In this document: positions 1 through 9,405 of the stretch, piece by piece
How the letters are laid out: each line of letters starts with the position of its first letter
How positions within the stretch are numbered: position 1 is the stretch's first letter
Assembly: GCA_021296325.1 (NCBI GenBank)
Contig: JAGWAR010000001.1
Coordinates: 151,159 to 215,158 of the forward strand
Reading direction: 5' to 3'
DNA from: Alphaproteobacteria bacterium
Lineage (GTDB): Bacteria > Pseudomonadota > Alphaproteobacteria > GCA-2746255
DNA length: 64,000 bases
Made by a program: the position numbers and the translations under genes
Notes under the pieces: generated by a model
Database searches by the model: none
What the model was told of the DNA's origin: nothing
Seen by the model: the letters and a program-made list of their open reading frames with translations, nothing else

Positions 1-426
<426 letters not shown>

Positions 427-471
427 TCAGGATCGATAAATCCTTAACGTTCAGGGGATTGGTCGGGGGAT

Positions 472-500
472 ATATATGTCCTCATCCGGGCGGCGACAAC
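472..500 (-). promoter_or_regulatory. Putative RpoH (sigma32)-type promoter of dnaK
   Basis: Minus strand GTTG-N18-CATATAT resembles the alphaproteobacterial RpoH consensus CTTG-N~17-CYTATNT. Confidence 0.5.
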
Positions 501-557
501 CGGCGCCGACCGCTTTTTTCGCATACCGTATCCGGCAGGTACGAAAGGGGAACGTTT

Positions 558-1193
558 TCAGGCCTCCGTGTCCACATGGGGCGCGCCGTCGCCTTCCTTG
601 CCGCCCGTCGCCGCCTTCGCCACGCCGACCATGGCCGGACGCAGCAGCCGGTCGTTCAGCGTGTAGCCGATCTGCATGACCTCGACGACGGTGCCGGGGG
701 GCGCCTTTGCCGTTTCGACCTCGAACATGGCCTGATGGAAGTCGTGGTTGAACTTCTCTCCCATGGGATCGATCTTCTGGATGTTGTAGCGGTCCAACGT
801 GGCAAGCAGGTCCCGCTCGGTGATGGCGACGCCTTCGATCAGGGCCTTCAACGCCTCGTCCGACACGCCTGCCAGATCCGGCGTGTTTTCGATGGCACGG
901 TGAAGGTTGTCCGCAACGCTAAGGATGGCACGGGCAAAATCGGCGATCGCGAATTTGCGCGCCTGTTCTTCCTCGCGCTTGGTGCGGGCCCGCAAATTCT
1001 CCATCTCGGCCAGCGTGCGCAGCAACTTATCCTTTGTTTCGGCAAGCTCGCGCGCGAGGGCGGCCTCGGCCACTTCCTCGGTCGGCGTTTCCGCCGCCGG
1101 AGTAGGATCGCCGGTCTGGGCTTCGTTTTCCGTCGCCGGCGGTTCCGGCATTTCGCCTTCCGCCGGCTTTTCGTTTTCGTCCGGTATCGTCAT
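558..1193 (-). CDS. grpE: Nucleotide exchange factor GrpE
   Basis: LRTLAEMENLRAR, FNHDFHQAM and GYTLNDRLLRPAMVGV motifs; between hrcA and dnaK. Confidence 0.97.
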   Translation of the reverse strand: MTIPDENEKPAEGEMPEPPATENEAQTGDPTPAAETPTEEVAEAALARELAETKDKLLRTLAEMENLRARTKREEEQARKFAIADFARAILSVADNLHRAIENTPDLAGVSDEALKALIEGVAITERDLLATLDRYNIQKIDPMGEKFNHDFHQAMFEVETAKAPPGTVVEVMQIGYTLNDRLLRPAMVGVAKAATGGKEGDGAPHVDTEA

Positions 1194-1213
1194 CTCACCA
1201 AAATAGATTGTGT

Positions 1214-2269
1214 TTATCCGATAAAGCGCCCGATCAATTGGGCCGTGTAATCTACCATCGGAATGATGCGAGCGTAATTAATCCGTGTCGGTCCGACGAC
1301 GCCGATGGCGCCGACGATCTGCTGACGGCTGTTGCGGAAGGGCGAGACGATCATCGAGCAGCCGGAAAGACCGAAGAGCTCGTTCTCCGAGCCGATGAAG
1401 ATCTGAACGCCCTGCGCCTCTTCCGAAAGCGAGAGCAACCGGTTCAGCATTTCCTTGCGTTCCAGCGCCTCGAACAGCGCGCGGATGCGCTCGATTTCCT
1501 CGACCGCCGTCACGTCCTCAAGCAGGCGCGCCTGTCCGCGCACGATCAAGGACGCGGCCCCATCACCCCCTGACCAGGTGGCAAGCCCTTCGGCGACGAC
1601 GCGAGAGGCCAGCTCGTCGAGTTGGGCGCGGTGTTCGTGGATTTCGGCAAGGATCTCGGTTCGTGCTTCCTGAAGCGTGCGTCCGACGAGTCGCGCGGTC
1701 AGGTAGTTCGTCGCCTCGAGCAGCGTCGAGGACGGCAGGCCCAGTGGCAATTCGATGATGCGGTTTTCGACGATCCCGTCTTCCGTCACGATGACGACCA
1801 GCGCGCGGCGGGGGCCGACCTGAACGAATTCGATGTGCTTGAGCGCACGCTCCGTCTTCGGCGCCACCACCAGGCTGGCGCAGGCAGAAAGGCCGGAAAG
1901 CGCATGGGAAGCTTCTGCCAGCAATTCTTGCATGCTGTGCCCTTCCGGCTTGCACTGGCGTTCGATGTCCTTGCGCTCAAGCTCGCTCAGGCCGCCGATC
2001 TCGAGAATGCCATCGACGAAAAGGCGCAGGCCCGCCTCCGTCGGCAGACGGCCGGCCGAGGTATGGGGCGAATACAGCAGCCCGGCCGTTTCAAGGTCCG
2101 ACATCACGTTACGGACCGTGGCCGGGGATAGGGGCACGCTCAGCATCCGGGCAAGCATCGCCGAGCCTACCGGGGACCCCGTATTGACATAGGCGTCCAC
2201 GACGCAACGGAAGATTTCCCGGCTGCGTTCGCTAAGCTCGACGAACGCCAGATTGCTTCGCTCGGTCAT
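1214..2269 (-). CDS. hrcA: Heat-inducible transcription repressor HrcA
   Basis: SPATVRNVMSDLE, PHTSAGRLPT and GVVGPTRINY motifs; start set at ATG 2269 (ORF track starts at 2293). Confidence 0.96.
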   Translation of the reverse strand: MTERSNLAFVELSERSREIFRCVVDAYVNTGSPVGSAMLARMLSVPLSPATVRNVMSDLETAGLLYSPHTSAGRLPTEAGLRLFVDGILEIGGLSELERKDIERQCKPEGHSMQELLAEASHALSGLSACASLVVAPKTERALKHIEFVQVGPRRALVVIVTEDGIVENRIIELPLGLPSSTLLEATNYLTARLVGRTLQEARTEILAEIHEHRAQLDELASRVVAEGLATWSGGDGAASLIVRGQARLLEDVTAVEEIERIRALFEALERKEMLNRLLSLSEEAQGVQIFIGSENELFGLSGCSMIVSPFRNSRQQIVGAIGVVGPTRINYARIIPMVDYTAQLIGRFIG

Positions 2270-2299
2270 GTCCGAAAATGGCTGTTTTCCCAAGCCCCT

Positions 2300-2328
2300 A
2301 ATCTAGTAAGCCTCCTCCAGACCGTCAA
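2300..2328 (-). promoter_or_regulatory. Putative promoter of hrcA-grpE
   Basis: Minus strand TTGACG-N17-TAGATT. Confidence 0.55.
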
Positions 2329-2431
2329 CGCGCCCCAAGGCCCGGTGCGAGGCTGGACTTCGCCTTCGCTTGCGGGCTAGCTTGGCCACGACCCGCCCCG
2401 AAGCCCGCAATCAAAGAGGAAAGGACGGACC

Positions 2432-3151
2432 ATGCGCCCTTCCGGCCGCGCGCCCGACGCCCTAAGAACCGTCCACCTGGAGACCCGCGTCAGCAAGCAC
2501 GCGGAGGGGTCCTGCCTGTCGCGCTTCGGCGACACCCATGTCCTGTGCACGGCCTCCGTCGAGGAAAAGGTGCCCTTTTTTCTTCGCAATCAGGGCAAGG
2601 GCTGGGTCACCGCCGAATACGGCATGCTGCCCCGTTCCACCAACACGCGAACGGACCGCGAAGCCGCGCGCGGCAAGCAGTCCGGGCGGACGCATGAAAT
2701 CCAGCGGCTGATCGGCCGCAGCCTGCGGGCGGTGACGGACCTGACCCTGCTTGGCGAGCGTCAGGTGCGGATCGACTGCGACGTCCTGCAGGCCGACGGC
2801 GGCACGCGCACGGCGGCGATTACCGGCGCCTATGTCGCCCTTTACCAGGCCTGCGACCTGCTTCTGAAGAACGAAGCGATCGCAACGCTTCCCCTCCGCG
2901 ACCAGGTCGCCGCCATCTCCTGCGGCATCTGGGAAGGCACGCCCGTCCTCGATCTCGACTATGCCGAGGACAGCACCGCCGAAACGGATGCGAATTTCGT
3001 GCTGACCGGTTCCGGCACCATCGTTGAAATCCAGGGCACGGCGGAAGAAACGCCCTTTCAAAAAGAGCAGTTCCTGACGCTGCTGGAACTGGCCGAAAAG
3101 GGAACCAAGGAACTCGTCGAACACCAGCGGCGCACCCTCGGCATCGCCTGA
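2432..3151 (+). CDS. rph: Ribonuclease PH
   Basis: [25 protein letters not shown] and [14 protein letters not shown] motifs. Confidence 0.98.
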   Translation: MRPSGRAPDALRTVHLETRVSKHAEGSCLSRFGDTHVLCTASVEEKVPFFLRNQGKGWVTAEYGMLPRSTNTRTDREAARGKQSGRTHEIQRLIGRSLRAVTDLTLLGERQVRIDCDVLQADGGTRTAAITGAYVALYQACDLLLKNEAIATLPLRDQVAAISCGIWEGTPVLDLDYAEDSTAETDANFVLTGSGTIVEIQGTAEETPFQKEQFLTLLELAEKGTKELVEHQRRTLGIA

Positions 3152-3154
3152 ACC

Positions 3155-3754
3155 ATGGCCAGGCCGTTCGCCGAAGAAGCATTGGTGCTGGCCAGCCACA
3201 ACCCGGGCAAGGCGCGCGAGATCGCCGACCTGCTTGAGCCGTTCAAGGTGGCCGTGCGTTCCGTAAGCGAATTCGACCTCAAGGCGCCGGCGGAAACCGG
3301 CGTCACCTTTTCCCAGAACGCCGAATTGAAAGCAAAGACGGCGGCCGAGGCCACCGGCCTTGTCGCCCTGGCCGACGATTCCGGCCTTGCCGTTTCCGCC
3401 CTGGCTGGCCGGCCCGGCATTCGCTCGGCCCGCTGGGCCGGTCCCAACCAGGATTTCAACAGCGCCATGCACCGCGTGCACGAGATGATGGAAGGCCATC
3501 CGGACGACAGCGCCCGTTTCGTTTGCGCGCTGGCCCTTTGCTGGCCGGACGGTCATTGCGAAACCTTCGAGGGTACGGTTGAAGGCCAAATCGTCTGGCC
3601 GCCGCGCGGCAGTCTGGGCTTCGGCTACGATCCTATTTTCGTGCCCGAGGGCCACGCGATCACCTTCGGCGAAATGGCGCCGGAGGAAAAACACAAGATC
3701 AGCCACCGGGCGGACGCTTTTCGAAAACTGATCGACGCCTGTTTTGTGAAATAG
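3155..3754 (+). CDS. rdgB: dITP/XTP pyrophosphatase (RdgB/Ham1)
   Basis: [21 protein letters not shown] and SHR motifs; rph-rdgB-hemW synteny. Confidence 0.96.
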   Translation: MARPFAEEALVLASHNPGKAREIADLLEPFKVAVRSVSEFDLKAPAETGVTFSQNAELKAKTAAEATGLVALADDSGLAVSALAGRPGIRSARWAGPNQDFNSAMHRVHEMMEGHPDDSARFVCALALCWPDGHCETFEGTVEGQIVWPPRGSLGFGYDPIFVPEGHAITFGEMAPEEKHKISHRADAFRKLIDACFVK

Positions 3755-3761
3755 GGAATCG

Positions 3762-4952
3762 ATGCCGACTGCATCCGAAAAGGAACGAGAGGAAGCCGGG
3801 CTTGCTCTTTACGTGCACTGGCCGTTTTGCCTTTCGAAATGCCCTTACTGCGATTTCAACAGCCACGTGCGGGAGGGGGTCGCGCCCGAGCGTTGGGAGC
3901 GCGCGCTCCTTGCTGCCCTTGACCGCGCCGCCGCCGATACGCCGGGGCGGCAGCTGACTTCTCTTTTCTTTGGCGGCGGCACGCCGTCGCTGATGGCGCC
4001 TTTAACGGTGGCCCGCCTGATCGAACGCGCCAAGGCCCACTGGCCCGCGGGCGAGGACCCGGAAATCACGCTGGAGGCGAACCCAACCTCGGTGGAAGCC
4101 GGACGCTTCAAGGCCTTTGCCGAAGCCGGCGTCAACCGGCTTTCGCTCGGCATTCAGGCATTGCGGGATCCAGCCCTGCGTTTCCTTGGCCGCGAGCACA
4201 GCGTGCGGGAGGCGCTGGCGGCGCTGGACATCGCCAAGGCCGCCTTCGGCCGGGTTTCCTTCGACCTGATCTACGCGCGCCCGGACCAGACCCCTGCCGA
4301 CTGGCGGACGGAACTGGAAGAGGCGCTGGCGCTCGCGGGCGGACATTTCTCGGTCTATCAACTCACCATCGAGCCCGGCACCGCCTTCTTCCAGCAGCAC
4401 CGCGCGGGCGCGCTGGCCACGCCGGACGCGACAACCGGGGCAAGGCTTTACGAGACGACCCAGGCTGTGGCGGAAGCCGCCGGCTTCTCGGCCTACGAGA
4501 TTTCCAACCACGCCAAGCCGGGCGAGGAATGCCGCCACAACCTCGCCTATTGGCGGGGCGAGGAATATATCGGCATCGGCCCCGGCGCCCATGGCCGTGT
4601 CGGCGGACGAACGCCCCCGGAGGCGCGCCGGAGCCGTCAGGAAATCCGCCTTCCCGAGCGCTGGCTCGCCGCCATCGAACGGCAGGGCCACGCCATCGAG
4701 GCGGAGGCCATTCTTACGCCGGAAGACCGGCTGGCCGAATTTACGATGATGGCGCTGCGCCTGCGCGACGGCATGACGCGCACCGGCCTGCGCCGTAAGC
4801 TTGGCCTCGAGATCGAGACGGCCTTTCCGACCGGCGTGCTTTCGGCCTTGATCGTCGGCGACTTTCTGGTTCTGGATGACCGGGGATTGCGAATGACGGC
4901 GAAGGGGCGCCTGCGGCTGGATGCGATCCTGCCGCGGCTTCTGGGAGATTAG
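3762..4952 (+). CDS. hemW: Radical SAM heme chaperone HemW
   Basis: YVHWPFCLSKCPYCDFN (CxxxCxxC), GGGTPS, YEISNHA and HNLAYW. Confidence 0.93.
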   Translation: MPTASEKEREEAGLALYVHWPFCLSKCPYCDFNSHVREGVAPERWERALLAALDRAAADTPGRQLTSLFFGGGTPSLMAPLTVARLIERAKAHWPAGEDPEITLEANPTSVEAGRFKAFAEAGVNRLSLGIQALRDPALRFLGREHSVREALAALDIAKAAFGRVSFDLIYARPDQTPADWRTELEEALALAGGHFSVYQLTIEPGTAFFQQHRAGALATPDATTGARLYETTQAVAEAAGFSAYEISNHAKPGEECRHNLAYWRGEEYIGIGPGAHGRVGGRTPPEARRSRQEIRLPERWLAAIERQGHAIEAEAILTPEDRLAEFTMMALRLRDGMTRTGLRRKLGLEIETAFPTGVLSALIVGDFLVLDDRGLRMTAKGRLRLDAILPRLLGD

Positions 4953-6410
4953 TTAGCTGCCGCTGAAATTCGTCGGCGCCGGGCTTACGACCCTGGGGCC
5001 GCGCCGGCCTACCGCCAGCACGGCAAGCCCGCGTTCCACCAGGCCATCTCCGTGAAAGCGGAAGACGCCGTCCACGCCGGCAAAGCCGCCGCGAACGGTA
5101 AGCGAAAAATCGTCCAGCGTCGCGCCCGTGCCGACGAGAACCGCGGCAAGGGCGGTGGCGTCATAGGCAAGGCTTGCAAGGCGCAACGGCGACGCGCCGA
5201 AGCGTTCCTTGTAACGGCGGACGAAGCGCTCCCACTCTCTTGGTTCCGATGTCGCGTACCAGCCGTTCAGAAGCGCCGGCTCCGTTCCAATCGTCGAATC
5301 GTCCCACTGGCCCGTGCCGAGGAAGCGCACACGCTTCGGGTCGATGTCGTAATAGGAAAGCAGCGGCGCGATGCCCTTCAACCGGTCACCGCCTTCCGGC
5401 AACAGGATGGCATCAAAGTCAACATCGCCAAGCGTATCCTGACCTTCGAGTCCTTCCAGTTCCAATTTTGAAATCTCGTCGCTCATCAGTTCCAGTTCGG
5501 CCCGGTGCTGCTCCAGCGCTTCCTTGCGCAAATCGTAATCGGCAAGGTCGCGCACGATGGCCGAAAGCTTTTCCGTGTCCATCGCGGAAGCCGTGTCGTA
5601 AAAGGCAACCCGCGTAACGACGCCTTCGCGTTTTTCGACCGCCTGCTTCAACGCCTCGACCACCGTGTAACCATAGGCATCCTGCGGCGCCAGGATGGCG
5701 AAACGCATGAGTCCCTGATTGCGCGCGAAGGCGATGACGCGTTCGACCTGAGTACGCGGAAGAAATCCCATGGGGTATTTCCCGCGACCGGCCACGTTGC
5801 GGTCGGTCGAAAAGGCGACGACCCGGATGTTGCGTGCGCGTGCGCCTTCGGCGATCGCCGAGACGGAAGTGGAAAGCAGCGGACCAAGGATCAGGGCCAC
5901 GTCGCTGTCATAGGCAGCAGCAGCGGCTTCGGCTGCACCGGTCGGCGTTCCTTTCGTATCGAAGGGCAACAGCGCGAAATTTGGTCCCGCCAGATCGAAG
6001 AGCGCCAACTCGGCCGCCCGCAACATGGATTTGCCGAGCGCGGCGTTCGAACCCGATAGTGGCAGCAGAATGGCGATGCGCGTGCGTTTCGAATCGACCG
6101 GCATTTTCTGCACCCGGCGTTCGACCCCCGCCCGTGGAGACGAGCGGTTGAGCGAAGCAATCGCCGTCGTCGTTTCGCGAAGCGAGGCATCCTCGCCGCG
6201 AGTCCGGTCATATTCGCTTGGAATGGGAAGCGGGGATTCCCGAACCGGGGTCGAAGGCGCGCTTTGGGGCGGCGGCGCCTCTTGCGTCCGTGGAGACCTC
6301 GACGATACGCTGCTGGAACACCCCGCCAACAGGACGAGCGCAAGCGCAAGGCATGCCCAAACCAAGGAACGCGACCAGCCAGAAACCGGGACGGCGGAAA
6401 CGCGGTGCAC
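4953..6410 (-). CDS. Penicillin-binding protein activator LpoA-like lipoprotein (periplasmic binding-protein fold)
   Basis: Lipobox LAGC; IAILLPLSG, ILGPL and LAYDA motifs; divergent from rsmI. Confidence 0.8.
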   Translation of the reverse strand: MHRVSAVPVSGWSRSLVWACLALALVLLAGCSSSVSSRSPRTQEAPPPQSAPSTPVRESPLPIPSEYDRTRGEDASLRETTTAIASLNRSSPRAGVERRVQKMPVDSKRTRIAILLPLSGSNAALGKSMLRAAELALFDLAGPNFALLPFDTKGTPTGAAEAAAAAYDSDVALILGPLLSTSVSAIAEGARARNIRVVAFSTDRNVAGRGKYPMGFLPRTQVERVIAFARNQGLMRFAILAPQDAYGYTVVEALKQAVEKREGVVTRVAFYDTASAMDTEKLSAIVRDLADYDLRKEALEQHRAELELMSDEISKLELEGLEGQDTLGDVDFDAILLPEGGDRLKGIAPLLSYYDIDPKRVRFLGTGQWDDSTIGTEPALLNGWYATSEPREWERFVRRYKERFGASPLRLASLAYDATALAAVLVGTGATLDDFSLTVRGGFAGVDGVFRFHGDGLVERGLAVLAVGRRGPRVVSPAPTNFSGS

Positions 6411-7315
6411 GGAAAACCTCCGAAAAGCATCCGGAACGAACCGCCAAGGCTAGCGATTGGCCTTCCGGAAGTAAACGGGGTGGCCTCGTTTTGGTCGCAA
6501 CCCCCATCGGCAATCTGGCGGACATGACCGCCCGCGCCGTCGAGACCCTGTGCGAGGCCGACGGCATTGTCTGCGAGGATTCGCGGGTCACCCGCAAACT
6601 GCTCAACCGGTACGGGATCGAAGGCAGGCTCACCCCCTATCACGAGCACAACGCCGAAAAGGCGCGCCCGGCCCTGATGCGGAGGCTCGAAGCCGGGGAA
6701 AGCCTGGCGCTGGTTTCGGACGCCGGCACGCCGCTGGTGTCGGATCCGGGCTACAAGCTGGTCCGCGCCGTCATCGAAGCCGGCCTTTCCCTGACCTTCC
6801 TGCCTGGGCCCTCGGCGCCGATCGCGGGTCTTGTTCTGTCCGGTCTGCCGCCGGACCGCTTTTTCTTCGGCGGCTTCCTGCCCGTCAAGGCGGAAGCGAA
6901 AAGCCGCGAGATCGAAAAACTCGCCACGCTTCCGGCGACGCTGGTCTTCTTTGAATCCCCGAAACGCCTGGCCGCGACCTTGCGCGCCTTCGCCGAACGG
7001 TTCGGAGCGCGGCAAGCGGCGGTCGTCCGGGAAGCGACGAAGCTCCATGAAGAAGTGCGGCGGGGGCCGCTTGCAACGCTGGCCGAGTTTTACGAAGCGT
7101 CGGGCGCACCAAAGGGCGAGGTCGTGCTTGTCATCGGACCGCCGGACGCGGACGCGGCGCACGTTCCGGACGACGCCTGCCGGGAATTGCTGCGCGACGC
7201 GCTGCAGGGGATGAGCCTGCGCGACGCTACCGACGCCGTTACCGCCCAGACGGGCCGGAAACGCCGCGAGGTTTATGCGCTTGCCCTCGCGCTTGGCAAG
7301 GAAACGCGGGCGTGA
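6353..7315 (+). CDS. rsmI: 16S rRNA (cytidine1402-2'-O)-methyltransferase
   Basis: LVATPIGNLAD, SDAGTPLVSDPG, FFESPKR and REATKLHEE motifs; start codon uncertain (ATG 6353 chosen). Confidence 0.94.
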   Translation: MPKPRNATSQKPGRRKRGARKTSEKHPERTAKASDWPSGSKRGGLVLVATPIGNLADMTARAVETLCEADGIVCEDSRVTRKLLNRYGIEGRLTPYHEHNAEKARPALMRRLEAGESLALVSDAGTPLVSDPGYKLVRAVIEAGLSLTFLPGPSAPIAGLVLSGLPPDRFFFGGFLPVKAEAKSREIEKLATLPATLVFFESPKRLAATLRAFAERFGARQAAVVREATKLHEEVRRGPLATLAEFYEASGAPKGEVVLVIGPPDADAAHVPDDACRELLRDALQGMSLRDATDAVTAQTGRKRREVYALALALGKETRA

Positions 7316-7707
7316 ACGGAAAAAAGGCGCGGGCGGGACGGGGAAAAGAGGCCGAGCGCTACGGACGTTTTGCGGAAGGCGTGTGCGTCGGCATCCTGTT
7401 GTGCAAGGGCTACCACATCCTGGCGCGGCGCCATCGCACGCCGGTGGGCGAAATCGACGTCGTGGCGAAGCGGGGCCCAACCGTCGTCTTTGTCGAGATC
7501 AAGGCCAGGAAAAATCAGGAAAGCGCCGGTGAGGCGATCACTCAACGGCAACAAAGCCGGATTCTGCGCGCCGCCGAGCATTTTCTGGGCGCGCGCCCGG
7601 AACTGGCAAAGGCCGACATCCGTTTCGATGCCATGCTGGTCGGGCATCGCACCCTGCCGCATCACGTGAAGGACGCTTGGCGGAGGGGCTTCGATGGCGT
7701 TAGATAG
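7312..7707 (+). CDS. yraN: YraN family (UPF0102) nuclease
   Basis: GEIDVVA, VFVEIKAR and RFDA PD-(D/E)xK-type motifs; directly after rsmI. Confidence 0.9.
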   Translation: MNGKKARAGRGKEAERYGRFAEGVCVGILLCKGYHILARRHRTPVGEIDVVAKRGPTVVFVEIKARKNQESAGEAITQRQQSRILRAAEHFLGARPELAKADIRFDAMLVGHRTLPHHVKDAWRRGFDGVR

Positions 7708-7714
7708 GCAAGGC

Positions 7715-8338
7715 ATGTTCGCTTCGTGTTCGCGCTATTTTCATTTTGCCTTTCCGTTCGCACTTCTTTTATGGGTCGGCGTGCTTTCCGGCTGTTCCGT
7801 CGCCGGAATGGCGATCGGCGCCGGGGCCGGCACGGCCGTCGCCGCCTCGGAAGAACGCGGCCTCGGCGAGGCAATCAGCGACACGACCATTCGAACGAAA
7901 ATCAATTACGAATTGTTGGACAAGGATCTGGGTCTGTTTCGCCGCGTCAGCACCAGCGTGCATGAAGGCCGCGTGCTTTTGATGGGAATCGTTCCAACCG
8001 ACGACGCGATGACAAGCGCCGTCAAGATTACCTGGCAGGTGGAAGGCGTGCGCGAAGTGATCAACGAAATGCGCGTGGCGCCAGACACGGAATTCACGGA
8101 CAGCGTGCGCGACAGTTGGATCACCGCAAAGCTTCGCACGCGAATCATGCTGGACAAGCAAGTGGATGCAATCAATTACTCGATCGAAACCATTGACCGG
8201 GTGATTTACCTTCTGGGTATTGCCCAGAACCAGGAAGAACTGGACCGTGTCATCCGGACCGCCCGCGACATCGAATATGTGGAAAAGATCGTAAGCCACG
8301 TGCTTCTGAAGAACGATCCGAGGCGGAAGGCAACGTAA
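7715..8338 (+). CDS. Double BON-domain lipoprotein (DolP/YraP-like)
   Basis: Lipobox LSGC; two BON repeats (DTTIRTKI...GRVLLMG; DSWITAKLR...IYLLG); start ATG 7694 or 7715. Confidence 0.85.
   Translation: MFASCSRYFHFAFPFALLLWVGVLSGCSVAGMAIGAGAGTAVAASEERGLGEAISDTTIRTKINYELLDKDLGLFRRVSTSVHEGRVLLMGIVPTDDAMTSAVKITWQVEGVREVINEMRVAPDTEFTDSVRDSWITAKLRTRIMLDKQVDAINYSIETIDRVIYLLGIAQNQEELDRVIRTARDIEYVEKIVSHVLLKNDPRRKAT
7716..7731. promoter_or_regulatory. Candidate alphaproteobacterial LexA (SOS) box
   Basis: TGTTC-GCTTCG-TGTTC, a perfect GTTC-N7-GTTC direct repeat overlapping the BON gene start. Confidence 0.45.
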
Positions 8339-8410
8339 ACGCCGCTTGGGCTGGTGCGGACTTCCATTCTTTCCTATCCTTTCCCTCCCTGAACGAAACC
8401 CGGGCCCGTC

Positions 8411-9379
8411 ATGAGCCTCGCCGTCGCCATCCAGATGGATCCCATGGAAGGGATCAACATCGAAACGGACAGCACGTTTGCGCTGGCGCTGGAAGCCGAA
8501 CGGCGCGGGCACGCCCTTTTTCATTATTTGCCGCAGGACTTGGCCTTCCGCCACGGCCGGGTGTTTGCGAGGGTGCGGCCGATGAACGTGCGGGAGAAAA
8601 AGGGCGATCACTTCACCTTCGGCACGGCCCAGTCGATCGACCTTGCCACGCTCGACATCGTGCTGATGCGCCAGGATCCACCATTCGACATGGCCTACAT
8701 CACGGCGACGCATCTGCTTGAACATCTGATGGAAACGACGCTGGTCGTGAACAATCCGATCGAGGTCAGAAACGCGCCGGAAAAATTGTTTGTCACCCAC
8801 TTCGCCGAACTGATGCCGCCCACGTTAATTACATCGGACCGGCAGGAAATTCTCGCCTTCCGGAAAGAACATGGCGACATCGTGTTGAAGCCGCTGTTCG
8901 GCAATGGCGGGCGCGGCGTTTTTCACGTGGGTCCGGGCGACGAAAACCTGAACGCGCTGCTGGAACTGTTTACCGAGCTTTATCGCGAGCCGATCGTCGT
9001 GCAGCGCTACCTTCCGGAAGTGCGAAACGGCGACAAGCGAATCGTGTTGGTCGATGGTACGGTCGTTGGCGCGATTAACCGCGTGCCGGCGGCGGGTGAG
9101 GCACGGTCGAACCTGCACGTCGGCGGCAAGGCGGAAAAGGCACAGTTGAACGACCACGACCGCCTCATTTGCGAATCGATCGGCGAGACGTTGCGGGAAC
9201 GCGGCCTTCTTTTTGTTGGCATCGACGTCATCGGGAAATGGATTACCGAGATCAATGTAACGTCGCCGACCGGCATTCGCGAGATCGGCCGCTTCGATAA
9301 TATTTCCGTCGAAGCAAAAATCTGGGATGCGATCGAAACCCGGCACGCCGCCATGCACGGCGAGGAGCGAAGAAAATAA
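8411..9379 (+). CDS. gshB: Glutathione synthetase
   Basis: [34 protein letters not shown] and EINVTSPTG motifs. Confidence 0.97.
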   Translation: MSLAVAIQMDPMEGINIETDSTFALALEAERRGHALFHYLPQDLAFRHGRVFARVRPMNVREKKGDHFTFGTAQSIDLATLDIVLMRQDPPFDMAYITATHLLEHLMETTLVVNNPIEVRNAPEKLFVTHFAELMPPTLITSDRQEILAFRKEHGDIVLKPLFGNGGRGVFHVGPGDENLNALLELFTELYREPIVVQRYLPEVRNGDKRIVLVDGTVVGAINRVPAAGEARSNLHVGGKAEKAQLNDHDRLICESIGETLRERGLLFVGIDVIGKWITEINVTSPTGIREIGRFDNISVEAKIWDAIETRHAAMHGEERRK

Positions 9380-9405
9380 GCGGCGAAAACGGCAAGACGG
9401 GGGGA

